From the NCBI GenBank assembly GCA_038040345.1, contig JBBPIQ010000001.1, forward strand, positions 257,245 through 321,244: a stretch of 64,000 bases of DNA, written 5' to 3'. Every line of letters starts with the position of its first letter. The first letter of the stretch is position 1. The notes under the pieces are model-generated. The model saw only the letters and a program-made list of their open reading frames with translations, did not search any database and was not told where the DNA came from. The translations under genes were made by a program, and so were the position numbers. This stretch comes from Chloroflexota bacterium (GTDB lineage: Bacteria; Chloroflexota; Limnocylindria; P2-11E). Shown here piece by piece: positions 25,097 through 34,958 of the stretch.

Positions 25097-26164
25097 GTGG
25101 AATCCACGGGGGAGCTTGCCTGGTTCCGCGCTGAGGTCCTTCGCTCGATCGTTCGCCCACGTTCTTTCGCCAGATCGCTCGCCCGCGAGCACTTCGGCCT
25201 GGCCGGCGTGCTCGTCGTGGTCGGGGCCGGCATCGCGCTCTCCTTCACGATCGACATGTTGGTCCTCGCCGCAAAGAGCCTATCGCCCGGGCCCTTCGTC
25301 GCTCGACTGATCTTCGAGTCGCTCCTGCTCGGTTCGCGGCTCGCCATAAGCGTGGCCGTCGTCGCCCTCGTCGTCTTTCTCGGCACCCGCGTGACACGGC
25401 AGAAAGAACTGACGCTCGACCAGTGCTTCAACGCGGTTGCGTTCGCCGTCGCACCGCTCATCGTCGCGCCCCTTGTCGTACTCGTTGCGGTCTTCGCACC
25501 AGGTCTTCTGATCCCCGTCGGCGTCGTCGTGCTGGTCATCGGACTGCGAGCCCTCGGGGGCCTAGCCCTGAACCTGCGCGCGATGCTGCCGTTGCCGGTC
25601 GCGGCTCTGGCGCTCGTCCTCGCGCTCGCGAGCGGGGCCATCGTGCTCGGCGATCAGGTTTCGAGAGTTCGAATGACCGCGTACGCGATCGCGCCACAGC
25701 TCGCGCCCCCTTTGGCCGCGACGCCCGCACAGGGAAAGCGCTACGACCTCCAGAACGGCACGCTCACCGTCCCGGAAGAGTGGGCGTTTTCGGTGCGAGG
25801 AGTGCCGGGGGAGATCGCGCATTTCGAGACGGCGAGCGCAACGCTCAACGTGGTGAGCTCGCGTCCCGAGGATCTCACGACGATGGACGCGTTCGCAGAC
25901 ACGGTCGCTCGTGGAGAGCGCCTCGGCTTCTCGGCGACACGTAGCGAGCGATCGATCGAGAGCATTAACGGGAATGTGGCGGTCGACGATCGCGCCGATG
26001 GCGCGTACGAGGGTCGACACATCGCCATTCGCCAATTCACGATCGCGATCCGAACGAGCGGCGGCGCACTGCAGTTCCGTTTCTTCGATCCGCCCGACGT
26101 CGACGCCGCATTCGCTCAGGCCGCGGCGATCGCCGCCACCTGGCAGATCGCCTCGCGGCCCTAG
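25097..26164 (+). CDS. Yip1 domain membrane protein
   Basis: Five TM helices in the N-terminal half (Yip1-like) and a C-terminal soluble domain. Confidence 0.65.
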   Translation: MESTGELAWFRAEVLRSIVRPRSFARSLAREHFGLAGVLVVVGAGIALSFTIDMLVLAAKSLSPGPFVARLIFESLLLGSRLAISVAVVALVVFLGTRVTRQKELTLDQCFNAVAFAVAPLIVAPLVVLVAVFAPGLLIPVGVVVLVIGLRALGGLALNLRAMLPLPVAALALVLALASGAIVLGDQVSRVRMTAYAIAPQLAPPLAATPAQGKRYDLQNGTLTVPEEWAFSVRGVPGEIAHFETASATLNVVSSRPEDLTTMDAFADTVARGERLGFSATRSERSIESINGNVAVDDRADGAYEGRHIAIRQFTIAIRTSGGALQFRFFDPPDVDAAFAQAAAIAATWQIASRP

Positions 26165-26520
26165 CTCTCGACGATCGGGATTACCCTCGCCGCGCCGTCC
26201 GTGATGCGGTAGGCGAACATCTCCGGCGGTTCCGAACGCAGGGAGACCAGGACGTATGCGGCCTCAGGCCAGTACGCCTCGGCTCGATCCGTGGCTGACG
26301 GATGCGCGGGCGAGCGAGGATGACTGTGGTAGATCGCGACGAGCTCGCGATCGAAGTCCGTCGACGCCTTGAACGCCTCAAATAACTGCGCTCGATCGAC
26401 TAGATAGCGCGTCTCGGGAGTCGGATGCACGTTGCGGCAGCGGAGGACGCGCCTCGCGGTCTCATCCTCGCCGAGCAAGAGGCCGCAACACTCCTGCGGG
26501 GCCGACTCACGCGCGTGCAC
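26161..26520 (-). CDS. mec: Mov34/MPN (JAMM) metalloprotease, Mec+-like
   Basis: JAMM motif HSHPRSPAHPSATD. ATGA overlap with the upstream gene. Genomic context with cysO and cysM. Confidence 0.75.
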   Translation of the reverse strand: MHARESAPQECCGLLLGEDETARRVLRCRNVHPTPETRYLVDRAQLFEAFKASTDFDRELVAIYHSHPRSPAHPSATDRAEAYWPEAAYVLVSLRSEPPEMFAYRITDGAARVIPIVES

Positions 26521-26570
26521 GAGGATCTCCTCGCGAAGCCTGCGCGGCAGGACGAGCTGAGCTCGTTCGA

Positions 26571-26849
26571 TCAGCGGCCGCCGGCCATCGCCGGGATGAC
26601 CATGACCTCGCTACCGTCGGGGACCGCCGCACCGCTTCCACCGCGAGTGCGTGCGTCTTCGTCGCCGATGTACACGTTGACGTAGGAGCGAAGAGTGCCC
26701 GCCTCGTCGAGCACGCGCGAGGCGAAGCCGGGATGACGCCGATCGATGTCCGCGATCACGTCGCGGAGGGTTCCGCCGGCCGCCGTGAGCTTCGTCTCGC
26801 CGCCCGCGGCGTCGCGAAGCGCGCCGGGTAAGCGAACGATCACGGCCAT
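26571..26849 (-). CDS. cysO: MoaD/ThiS-family sulfur carrier protein (CysO-like), Gly-Gly near the C-terminus followed by Arg
   Basis: Beta-grasp-like sequence ending …VIPAMAGGR. Lies between cysM and the JAMM protease. Confidence 0.6.
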   Translation of the reverse strand: MAVIVRLPGALRDAAGGETKLTAAGGTLRDVIADIDRRHPGFASRVLDEAGTLRSYVNVYIGDEDARTRGGSGAAVPDGSEVMVIPAMAGGR

Positions 26850-26853
26850 GATT

Positions 26854-27774
26854 TCACTCCCAAAGTGGGGTACTGAGATATCGCTCTCCCCCATCAGCTA
26901 TCAACACGACGATACGGCCTGCTTCTTCCCGCGCGACAGCGATCGCGGCGGCGACGGCCGCACCGCCGGATGGTCCGGTGAAGATGCCTTCCTCGCGCGC
27001 GAGACGCTTCGTCATCGCAAGCGCCTCCTCCGTCCCCATTACGAGATGCACGTCGGCGACTCGTTCGTCCCAGATCGCCGGACGGAGTGCTGTCGGCATG
27101 TGCTTCCACCCTTCGATGCCGTGCATGGCGTCGTCCGGCTGCACCGCAACGATGCGAACGCGTTTCGGACGAAGCGCCCGCGAGACGCCGACGACGGTCC
27201 CCGACGTCCCGACCCCGGCCACGAAGTGAGTCACGCGTCCGCCGGTTTGCTTCCAAATCTCGGCGGCGGTGCCGAGCTCGTGCGAGAGCGGGTTCGCAGG
27301 GTTCGAGTACTGATCGACGTAGACGTAGCGGTCCGGGTCCGCGGCGGCACGCCGCTGCGCTTCGCGGATCGCGCCGTCCGTGCCCTCGAGCGGATCGGTG
27401 AGGATGAGCTGTGCGCCGAACGCGCGCGCGATCCGCTTGCGCTCGAGCGAGACCTTGTCTGGAATGCACAGCTCGAGGGCGTGGCCGCGCACGGCGCAGA
27501 CCATCGCGAGCGCGACACCTGTGTTCCCGCTGGTCGCGTCGAGCACGACGCGTCGGCGACCCAGCCAACCTTCCTCCTCCGCGTCGAGCACCATCCAGAG
27601 TCCCGGCCGATCCTTCACGCTGCCGCCCGGATTGGCGCTCTCGATCTTCACCCAGAGATCTCCGCGCAGGCCCGCGCCGACGCGATGCAGCGGGATGAGT
27701 GGCGTATCGCCGACGCGCTCGAGGATCGTTCCGCGCACGCGCTCGCGAACGAGGTCGGCGGTGAGGCGGGACAT
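26854..27774 (-). CDS. cysM: PLP-dependent cysteine synthase (CysM/CysK family; CysO-thiocarboxylate-dependent type by context)
   Basis: PLP lysine motif NPGGSVKDR and the Gly-rich loop GVGTSGT. Confidence 0.85.
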   Translation of the reverse strand: MSRLTADLVRERVRGTILERVGDTPLIPLHRVGAGLRGDLWVKIESANPGGSVKDRPGLWMVLDAEEEGWLGRRRVVLDATSGNTGVALAMVCAVRGHALELCIPDKVSLERKRIARAFGAQLILTDPLEGTDGAIREAQRRAAADPDRYVYVDQYSNPANPLSHELGTAAEIWKQTGGRVTHFVAGVGTSGTVVGVSRALRPKRVRIVAVQPDDAMHGIEGWKHMPTALRPAIWDERVADVHLVMGTEEALAMTKRLAREEGIFTGPSGGAAVAAAIAVAREEAGRIVVLIADGGERYLSTPLWE

Positions 27775-27798
27775 TCAGAGAGGCTAGTGGAGCGCGCG

Positions 27799-29079
27799 CT
27801 AGACCCGGACGGTCTCCAGCGCGCGTCGTGCGAGACGAAGCGCTTCGTCGGGATCGCCAGTCGCTTCCGCCGCACGCGACCAGCGATCAAAGATGACGCG
27901 GAGGAGATGTGGAGCGCGCTCCTCCGCGAGCTGCCGCGCTTCCTGGAACGAGCGACGTGCCGCCGCACCGTTGGCCTTCATGCGTAGCTCGCCGGTAAGC
28001 ACCAGCATTCGGATCTCCGCGTCGACCTGGTCGACCTTGCGCGCGAACTTGAGAGCGGCCTGTGCCGCTTCGAGAGCCTCCGTCGCGTCTCCCTTGGCGA
28101 GAACCTCGGCCTCAGAGGCCTTGATCGATGCCAGCGTGCCATCACGTTTCGCCTGTTCGGCCAGTCCCGCCGCGCGCGCGAGACACTCACGAGCACGGGT
28201 GACGTTCCCGTAATCGACATAGAGGGCCGCCGCGTTATCGAGAGCGCAGGCCATTTGGTCGATGAGCCCCAACTGCTCATAGATGTCGAGGCTCTTTTGG
28301 TTGTTCATGATCGCGGCCTCGACGTCGCCGGCGTCGTGATACGCCTTCGCTATGCCCGCGTACAGGGCTGCGACCGACGGCAGATCCTCGAACTGGGTGG
28401 CAAGGACGAACGCCTGCTCATAGACAACGAGCGCCTGTTTCGATTGACGCTGGTTCCCTAGCGCAAGGGCGAGATCCACGAGCCGGCGGTAATGGAAGGT
28501 CACATCTTTGACGGTTCCGTCGTCGCAGGCCTTGACGCACTCGCGAAGAAGCCGGACCTCCTCTTCGTACGAGTACGTTCGTGCGTACGCGGCGGCGAGA
28601 ACGGCCTTGATGCGGACCTGTTCTTCGGGATCGTTCAGGAGATCGGCCATTCGCTGCGCGCGCTCGATCACGGGAAATGCCTGCTTGGGTTGAGAGGTCG
28701 CGTTGTACGCGACGGCTAAGTAACGCAGCCGGACGAGCTGGTCCTGAGGCGTCAATCCTTCTTCCAACCCCTCCAGGAGAGGTATTGCCCCCTCCGCCTG
28801 GCGCTGCTCGATGAGCCGGCGAGCCTCCAGCAGCGTGTATTGCGGAGTCGCGGGTGAGGCAGCGCCGCCGAGTAAGTCCGCGGGCTGGACGCCCAGGACT
28901 CCGGCGATGTGCTCAAGTGCTTTCATCGACGCACGCGTACGACCTGACTCGAGCATCGAGATGTAAGCCTTCGTGTATTGAGGTTCCGCTACTTGAGCTT
29001 GGGTAAGGCCTTTCGCGGTCCGAAGTGAACGGATTCGCGCCCCCACGTCGGCCACCATCGGTGACCGGACCTCAGCCAC
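27799..29079 (-). CDS. XRE-family HTH + TPR-repeat transcriptional regulator
   Basis: N-terminal LTQAQVAE…ISMLESGRT HTH. Long C-terminal TPR-like helical repeats. Confidence 0.7.
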   Translation of the reverse strand: MAEVRSPMVADVGARIRSLRTAKGLTQAQVAEPQYTKAYISMLESGRTRASMKALEHIAGVLGVQPADLLGGAASPATPQYTLLEARRLIEQRQAEGAIPLLEGLEEGLTPQDQLVRLRYLAVAYNATSQPKQAFPVIERAQRMADLLNDPEEQVRIKAVLAAAYARTYSYEEEVRLLRECVKACDDGTVKDVTFHYRRLVDLALALGNQRQSKQALVVYEQAFVLATQFEDLPSVAALYAGIAKAYHDAGDVEAAIMNNQKSLDIYEQLGLIDQMACALDNAAALYVDYGNVTRARECLARAAGLAEQAKRDGTLASIKASEAEVLAKGDATEALEAAQAALKFARKVDQVDAEIRMLVLTGELRMKANGAAARRSFQEARQLAEERAPHLLRVIFDRWSRAAEATGDPDEALRLARRALETVRV

Positions 29080-29237
29080 AGCGAGGGCACTTTACGGTGG
29101 AGAAGTAGACCCGTCAAACCGGTCTTTACCCAATTGTTATGGACCGAGACCGGGGTATTGCCGGTCGGGGTCCTGCGGGCCCAGTTGGCCCGTATCTCGG
29201 TCGGCCAACGCCTGCGCGTGGCCGTGGGTCAGCTCAG

Positions 29238-29363
29238 CTAGCAGAGGCCGCCGCCACCGGAATTCACGCCGCATGCGTAAGCGGTGGCCGCCAGGGAACC
29301 TGCGAGCGAGAAGGCGAGAGCGCTGACAAAAGCGACGATCTTGGCGATGCGCATAGAAGACAT
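29238..29363 (-). CDS. Small (41 aa) secreted peptide precursor: Sec-type signal peptide ending AYA, predicted 11-aa mature peptide CGVNSGGGGLC
   Basis: Strong GGAGG Shine-Dalgarno sequence 9 nt upstream of the ATG. n/h/c signal-peptide architecture. Two Cys flank a Gly-rich loop. Confidence 0.4.
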   Translation of the reverse strand: MSSMRIAKIVAFVSALAFSLAGSLAATAYACGVNSGGGGLC

Positions 29364-29448
29364 TCGGTGGGTCCTCCCCGACCCCACCGGCGATTTACTG
29401 GACCCGGGCGCAACTCTGCGACCGCGCGCTCATGAAGTAAAGACCGAC

Positions 29449-30387
29449 TTATGTGGATAAGTTGAACAGGCGCTGGGTCAGCGGTCGGAGCTGGTGCAGG
29501 CCGCCATCGACGGCTGCCGCGAAAAGCAGGCTCGCAGGACCTACGAGTAGGCCGGGGACGGCATAGAGCGGGGGCAGGGTCTCGAAGCCGACGCTCGCGC
29601 CGCCCTTCACAGCCACGAGCACGCCCGCGGCGATCAAGGCGCCGCACGAAAGCACGACTGAAAGCGGCGACAGCGCTACCGAGACGGGCCGCCCGGCGAC
29701 GAGCTGATCGATGCGCGCCTCGGTCACCGACAGGGAGCTGACGGGCACGAGGAGGCCGAGTGAGACCTCGTCCGCGTCCGGCAGGAGTTTGTAGAGGGCG
29801 CTCGCGAGCGACCGCACGTCACCGGACGCGCGCACTGCCTCCTGGTCGGCCTCGATCTCCTTCTGCAGCGTGTGGAAAGACAGAAGCTCGTCGACGACCG
29901 GCACGACATACAGGCCGGCCGCGAAGTAGCGCGCCACGATCTGGCGAAGTGGATCCCTCTGCCGGAGGTGATAGCGCTCGTGATAGAGCACGGCACGGAG
30001 CTCGTCCGGGTCGAGCCGTGCCACAAGCGCGGTCGAGAGGCAGATACGCGGCCGAAGGAACCAGTAGCAGAACGAGAACGGCCGCTCGTCGGTGACGACG
30101 TCGATGCGGCCATCGAGGTCGAGACCGCGCCCCGCAACGAGCACGGATGAAGGCAACGCGATCTTCTCCGCGACGAGCCTGCGGATGAGCATCGCGGTCG
30201 CGACGAGCTGGCGGAAGAGCGCGACGAGGCCGAGCGAGATACCACACACGGCGAGCAGAAGCACGAGTGCCGCCACCACGTCCGCGGTGTCCTCGGCGCC
30301 TCGAGCGGCGAGCTGCTCGACACGAGGTGCGAGCGTGAGAAGGAGCGCCAGCAGGATCGCGCTCGAAGCGAGCGCGAGCCCGAGCAT
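29449..30387 (-). CDS. M56 family metallopeptidase (BlaR1/MecR1-like, sensor-domain-less)
   Basis: HEXXH (HERYH). Four TM helices. Lies downstream of a BlaI-like gene. Confidence 0.7.
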   Translation of the reverse strand: MLGLALASSAILLALLLTLAPRVEQLAARGAEDTADVVAALVLLLAVCGISLGLVALFRQLVATAMLIRRLVAEKIALPSSVLVAGRGLDLDGRIDVVTDERPFSFCYWFLRPRICLSTALVARLDPDELRAVLYHERYHLRQRDPLRQIVARYFAAGLYVVPVVDELLSFHTLQKEIEADQEAVRASGDVRSLASALYKLLPDADEVSLGLLVPVSSLSVTEARIDQLVAGRPVSVALSPLSVVLSCGALIAAGVLVAVKGGASVGFETLPPLYAVPGLLVGPASLLFAAAVDGGLHQLRPLTQRLFNLST

Positions 30388-30403
30388 GATGGTGAAGACG
30401 CGA

Positions 30404-30823
30404 TCAGCGCGGTTCACGAGCGTCCTTCTGCGCAAGACGGCGGAGCGCCGCGCGGTGCGTTGAGTCGACCGTGTCGAGCTCAGCACTGAACGCCGCGAGG
30501 GCCGCATCGCCGAACTCGGCCACGAGCCCGCGGACGAGGTCGCGGGAAAGCCGCGCGCGGTGCTCGTCGCGGGTGTGCGACGGACGGTAGACGTAGGTCT
30601 TGCCCTCGCGAGTGCGTTCCAACAGACCCTTCTCGTGGAGGCGGACCATGATCGTCATCACCGTCGTGTAGGCGAGCTCGCGAGTCTTCGCGAGGTCTTC
30701 GACGATGTCGCGCACGGTCGCGGAACGGCGCTTCCAAAGGCGCGCCATGACCTCGGTCTCGAGCGGTCCGAGGAACTTCTCCTCGGCCTTCTCGGGTCTG
30801 CGCAGGCGGCGAAGGTCGGGCCG
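30404..30823 (-). CDS. BlaI/MecI/CopY family transcriptional repressor
   Basis: Winged-helix LGPLETEVMARLW…TVRDIVEDLA…AYTTVMTIMVRLHEKGLL. Start approximate (non-ATG). Confidence 0.65.
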   Translation of the reverse strand, partial: RPDLRRLRRPEKAEEKFLGPLETEVMARLWKRRSATVRDIVEDLAKTRELAYTTVMTIMVRLHEKGLLERTREGKTYVYRPSHTRDEHRARLSRDLVRGLVAEFGDAALAAFSAELDTVDSTHRAALRRLAQKDAREPR

Positions 30824-30836
30824 GCTCACGCCCGAA

Positions 30837-31250
30837 TTATCCCGCGCGCCGGCCACGAACGGTGACCCGTTGCCGCCGCCGCAGGAAACGCGGGTGGCGT
30901 TCGGCGAGGCCCTCGCGTCCGTGCGCGAGTGCGACATGGAGCTCGACGACCAGGTGCCCATCCCGCGGCTGGTAGAGGGGTCCGCGCGGGCTTTCGCGTC
31001 GCTCGACGACTCCCAGGAGCGCGAGCGCGGCGAGCTCCCGTTCCGCGTAGCTCTGCTCGACGTCAGCCCACACCGCCGCGCGCTGCGCGGTGTCCTCGCC
31101 TAGTGAAAGCGCGTGGAGGAGGCGGAGCCTGCGCGGATCGGCGAGCCGCTCCAGCGCCGCCGCGGCGCGTTCGTACTCCTCGTCGCTCGCGCGCTCGAGC
31201 ATGGTGGGATCGCTCGTGAAGAGGTTCAGGTCCCAGTCTTCGATCGCCAT
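30837..31250 (-). CDS. Hypothetical protein (weak ArsR-like HTH similarity)
   Basis: ORF from MAIEDWDL. The upstream part of the long ORF is Arg-rich junk. Confidence 0.3.
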   Translation of the reverse strand: MAIEDWDLNLFTSDPTMLERASDEEYERAAAALERLADPRRLRLLHALSLGEDTAQRAAVWADVEQSYAERELAALALLGVVERRESPRGPLYQPRDGHLVVELHVALAHGREGLAERHPRFLRRRQRVTVRGRRAG

Positions 31251-31497
31251 TCCGCTACCGCCCAAACCCGGCCTACGACAGCGCTGTCGTAGCTCTGCTC
31301 CACATACTACGCCGGTGTCGTATGTGTTCGAAGGTCGGCACCGGGCATTTCGGCGGCACGGGGGCGGGGGGTGAGCAGCGCCGGGGTCTTCTTCGCTCGG
31401 CCCCTCGTGGGATCGCGATGGACGGCCGGCCAGAAGCCGCTCGCTCAGAAGACCCCGACGCTGCTCGAGCGGTCCCCGTGCCACCCGCCAGCCCGGC

Positions 31498-32421
31498 TTA
31501 TTGAGCCGCGGCCGAAGTAGCCGTCAGACGCTCCTCGGTGGGCGGCGTTCCTCCGCCAGCGATCGCGTTCAGGGCGACTGCGGCAACGACAAGTGCGGCC
31601 CCGCCGAGAACCCGAATGGTCACCGATTCGCCCAGCCAAAGCGTTCCGATCAGGATCGCCTCGGCCGGGACGACGACCTGGATCAGCGTGATCGTCGTCG
31701 GCCGCAGTTTCCGATAGAGCCACATCTGTACGACCATCGCGAAGCACGTGCCGAACAGGACGAGCCACACGAAAGCGAGAACGCTCGCGAGCGTCCAGTG
31801 CTCGCCCTGCGGGAGCTGGACAAGGGCGAGCGGAGCCAGCAGCAGCGCCGACGCCCACGTGCCGACCGCGACCGTCGGGATCGGCGCGACCTTCGTGAGG
31901 AAACGGGACTGCAGGATCGCGGCGATCGCCCAGGTGATGGGCATAAGAGCGAGCAGACCCGTCGCTACGAGTCCGGCCGTTCCGTCCGCCTTGTCCGGGG
32001 CGCCGATGAGGAGGACGGTGCCACCGAGACCAAGGACAAGCCCGAAGATCTTCAGCGCCGAGAGGCGGTCGCCTTTGACCATGAAATGTGCGAGCAGGGC
32101 CGTCCAGACGGGCGCGGCGGAGCCGAAGACGGCAACGAGGCCGCTCGGGACGAACTGCTCGGACCAAAAGATGATCGCCCAGGTCAACCCGATGTTGATG
32201 ACCCCGACGATGGTGGCGACGACCAGCGGCCGCCTACCGCGGGGGAAGGGCTGCCGGAGCGCGAGGGCGATGATCGTAAGGACGCTCGCGACCGCGACCG
32301 CCCTGGCGAAGGCGAAAACGAAGGGAGGGACGTCAGTCACACCGATCTTGATCGCACCCCACGTCGACCCCCAGATCAGAGCGACGCTCACGTACGCGGC
32401 GACGACTCGAAGCGGCGGCAT
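31498..32421 (-). CDS. EamA/DMT superfamily transporter
   Basis: Ten TM helices. Two EamA repeats. Confidence 0.8.
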   Translation of the reverse strand: MPPLRVVAAYVSVALIWGSTWGAIKIGVTDVPPFVFAFARAVAVASVLTIIALALRQPFPRGRRPLVVATIVGVINIGLTWAIIFWSEQFVPSGLVAVFGSAAPVWTALLAHFMVKGDRLSALKIFGLVLGLGGTVLLIGAPDKADGTAGLVATGLLALMPITWAIAAILQSRFLTKVAPIPTVAVGTWASALLLAPLALVQLPQGEHWTLASVLAFVWLVLFGTCFAMVVQMWLYRKLRPTTITLIQVVVPAEAILIGTLWLGESVTIRVLGGAALVVAAVALNAIAGGGTPPTEERLTATSAAAQ

Positions 32422-32429
32422 GCGCGACG

Positions 32430-33023
32430 ATGATGCTTGATGCGCAGATCGTGGTCTCGATGAGACGCGTCCTTCGATACGTTTGGCTCGCCGCTCTGGT
32501 GCTCGGCGCGTGCGCGCCGCCGACGCTCGCGGGGACCGACCTCGGAGCGACCGACGCTCCCGACTTCACCCTCACCGACGGAGTGAACGGCCACGCGGTG
32601 ACCCTCTCGGCGCAGCGCGGGCAGGTCGTCGCGCTGACGTTCCTGTACACGACCTGCCCCGACGTGTGCCCGCTCACGGCCACGCGTTTCCGCGCGGCTC
32701 AGACGGAGCTACAGGGCGACTCGAGCCGGGTGACCTTCATCGCGGTCTCGGTCGATCCCGATCGCGATACGCCGACGGCCGTGCAGGTCTTCTCCGCCGC
32801 GCACGGGCTCGCCTCGCATTGGTACTACCTCGTTGGCGGCCGCGCGCAGCTTTCGCCGGTCTGGGCCGCGTACGGGATCGGCGTCCAGCCAGGGAGCAGC
32901 ACAGTGACGCACAACGATGCCGTGTATCTCATTGACGCGCGCGGGCGCGAGCGCGCGCTGCTGCACTCGGAGGATCTCGCAAGGCACCTGACGAACGACC
33001 TGCGCGCGCTGCTTAAGAGCTAA
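32430..33023 (+). CDS. SCO1/SenC family copper chaperone (thioredoxin-like, CxxxC)
   Basis: LYTTCPDVCP motif plus a conserved His. Signal/anchor helix at the N-terminus. Confidence 0.8.
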   Translation: MMLDAQIVVSMRRVLRYVWLAALVLGACAPPTLAGTDLGATDAPDFTLTDGVNGHAVTLSAQRGQVVALTFLYTTCPDVCPLTATRFRAAQTELQGDSSRVTFIAVSVDPDRDTPTAVQVFSAAHGLASHWYYLVGGRAQLSPVWAAYGIGVQPGSSTVTHNDAVYLIDARGRERALLHSEDLARHLTNDLRALLKS

Positions 33024-33027
33024 CGGC

Positions 33028-33696
33028 TCAACCGATGATATAGATCGTCGTGAAGAGGCCGATCCAAACAACGTCGACGAAGTGCCAGTAGATCGACGCA
33101 GCCTCGACCGCGAGATGCCGCCGCGCGGTGAACTGGCCCTTGAGCGTGCGGTAGAAGACGATCGTGTTGAAGATGACGCCGCCGGTCACGTGCGCGCCGT
33201 GGAATCCGGTCAGGGTGAAGAAGACGCCGGCGAAGATCCCGTCGCGCGGCAGGAATCCGAGCTTCGTGTACTCGTAGCCCTGGCCGACGAGGAAGAGAAC
33301 GCCCAGCACGATCGTCGGGATGAGCCAGTTGCGGAGACCTCGGCGGTCGCCACGCTTGATGGCGTTCACGGCGAGCTGCATGGTCACGCTCGAGACGAGC
33401 AGCTCGATCGTGTTGAGCGTCGGAAGGCCGATGCCGAGGATCGGGTCGACCTGCCACGTCGGCTTCTCGCCGAACACGGGCTCCCAGTCGGGGATGCGAG
33501 CCCGGAGGAAGAAGTACGTGGTGAAGAGCGCGCCGAAGAAGAACGCCTCGCTGGAGACGAACAGGATGACGGCCCACATGCCCGCGGAGAATCGGGATGG
33601 CTGCGCCTCGAGGCCGGTCTCGTTCGGCGGAAGGCGGTCGGCAGGGTCCCCACGGCGGCCACGCACGACCGTCCGGTCCTCGAGCGTGGTCCTCAT
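33028..33696 (-). CDS. ctaE: Cytochrome c oxidase subunit III
   Basis: COX3 helices and conserved motifs (…GFHGAHVTGG…). Confidence 0.85.
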   Translation of the reverse strand: MRTTLEDRTVVRGRRGDPADRLPPNETGLEAQPSRFSAGMWAVILFVSSEAFFFGALFTTYFFLRARIPDWEPVFGEKPTWQVDPILGIGLPTLNTIELLVSSVTMQLAVNAIKRGDRRGLRNWLIPTIVLGVLFLVGQGYEYTKLGFLPRDGIFAGVFFTLTGFHGAHVTGGVIFNTIVFYRTLKGQFTARRHLAVEAASIYWHFVDVVWIGLFTTIYIIG

Positions 33697-33699
33697 CGC

Positions 33700-33927
33700 C
33701 TAGTGGTGTGCTCCGTCAGTAGGCTCGGGAGCGGTCGAGTAGGCGCGCGCGTCGTCGATCAGCCACGTCGCGATGCCGATCACCATGATGACCGCGCCGA
33801 GCACGAGAAAGACAGGACCGAGCAGGACCCCGAACGCGAGCAGCATCACGCCGAATCCGAGGAGCGGCGGGGAGAAGCTCGGTTGCGGAAGATGGATGGG
33901 GTGGTCGTCCTCGTGATGCGATGACAT
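33700..33927 (-). CDS. ctaF: Cytochrome c oxidase subunit IV (CtaF-like small subunit)
   Basis: 75 aa with two TM helices, immediately upstream of ctaE. Confidence 0.55.
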   Translation of the reverse strand: MSSHHEDDHPIHLPQPSFSPPLLGFGVMLLAFGVLLGPVFLVLGAVIMVIGIATWLIDDARAYSTAPEPTDGAHH

Positions 33928-33988
33928 CGCGACGCAGATTAGCGCCGCGATTGGCGCGTGTCGAAATCTCGCCCTAGTCTCTCTCGCG

Positions 33989-34948
33989 ATGGGTCCTTGG
34001 CCGCTCGACCCGCGCGGGCCGCTGGCCGAATCGATCAGCTTTCTCTACTGGATCATGTTCGCCGCCGCAGTGGTCGTGCTGGCGATCGTGGTCGGTGCTC
34101 TCACGTACTCCGGCATCAAGTTCCGCGACCGGCCCGGCCGCGTAGCGCAACAAATCCACGGCCAGAACACGCTCGAGCTGATCTGGACGGTCGTTCCCAC
34201 CCTTATGGTCATCTCGTTCACGGTGGCCTCCTGGGACCGGCTCAACTTCATCAACGACGTGAACTCGAACGTGGCGATGACCGTGAAGGTCGAGGGCCGG
34301 CAATGGGCGTGGGGCTTTACCTATCCCGACCAGGCCATGTTCAAGCTGCCCGACGGGACGCTGCTTCAATCCGGAGAGCAGCTCGATATCCCGGTCGGCC
34401 AGAAGATCAAGCTCGAGCTGACCTCGAAGGACGTCATCCACTCGTTCTGGGTGCCGAACCTCGGTGGGAAGAAGGACGCCGTGCCGGGCCACACCACCAC
34501 GATGTGGATCCAGGCCGACCAGCCCGGAACGTACAAGGGACAGTGCTTCGAATTCTGCGGCGATGGCCACGCCGACATGCTCATCACGCTCGTCGCGCAC
34601 CCGCAGAGCGAGTACGGGGCCTGGGCGAAGACGGCCGTCGCGGACGCAGCGCGAGCGACCTCGCCCGAGACCAAGGCCGGCCGCGACGCATTCGTTTCGG
34701 GCCCCTGCGCCGGATGCCACACCGTGAAGGGCACGACGGCGGCCGGCAAGGTCGGCCCGGACCTCTCACATATCGCGAGCAAGCCGAACATCGCCGGCGT
34801 GCTCTCGCCGGTGAACCAGGAGAACCTCACGAAGTGGATTCACAACGCGCCCTCATTCAAGCCGGGGATCCTCATGCCGAAGTTCGATGGAGTCCTCCCC
34901 GACAAGACGATCGATGACATCGTCCAGTGGCTGCTCACGCTGAAATAA
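33989..34948 (+). CDS. ctaC: Cytochrome c oxidase subunit II, caa3-type (CuA cupredoxin + C-terminal cytochrome c domain)
   Basis: CuA site H…CFEFCGDGHADM plus heme-c CAGCH. Confidence 0.85.
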   Translation: MGPWPLDPRGPLAESISFLYWIMFAAAVVVLAIVVGALTYSGIKFRDRPGRVAQQIHGQNTLELIWTVVPTLMVISFTVASWDRLNFINDVNSNVAMTVKVEGRQWAWGFTYPDQAMFKLPDGTLLQSGEQLDIPVGQKIKLELTSKDVIHSFWVPNLGGKKDAVPGHTTTMWIQADQPGTYKGQCFEFCGDGHADMLITLVAHPQSEYGAWAKTAVADAARATSPETKAGRDAFVSGPCAGCHTVKGTTAAGKVGPDLSHIASKPNIAGVLSPVNQENLTKWIHNAPSFKPGILMPKFDGVLPDKTIDDIVQWLLTLK

Positions 34949-34958
34949 CGAGACCGGC

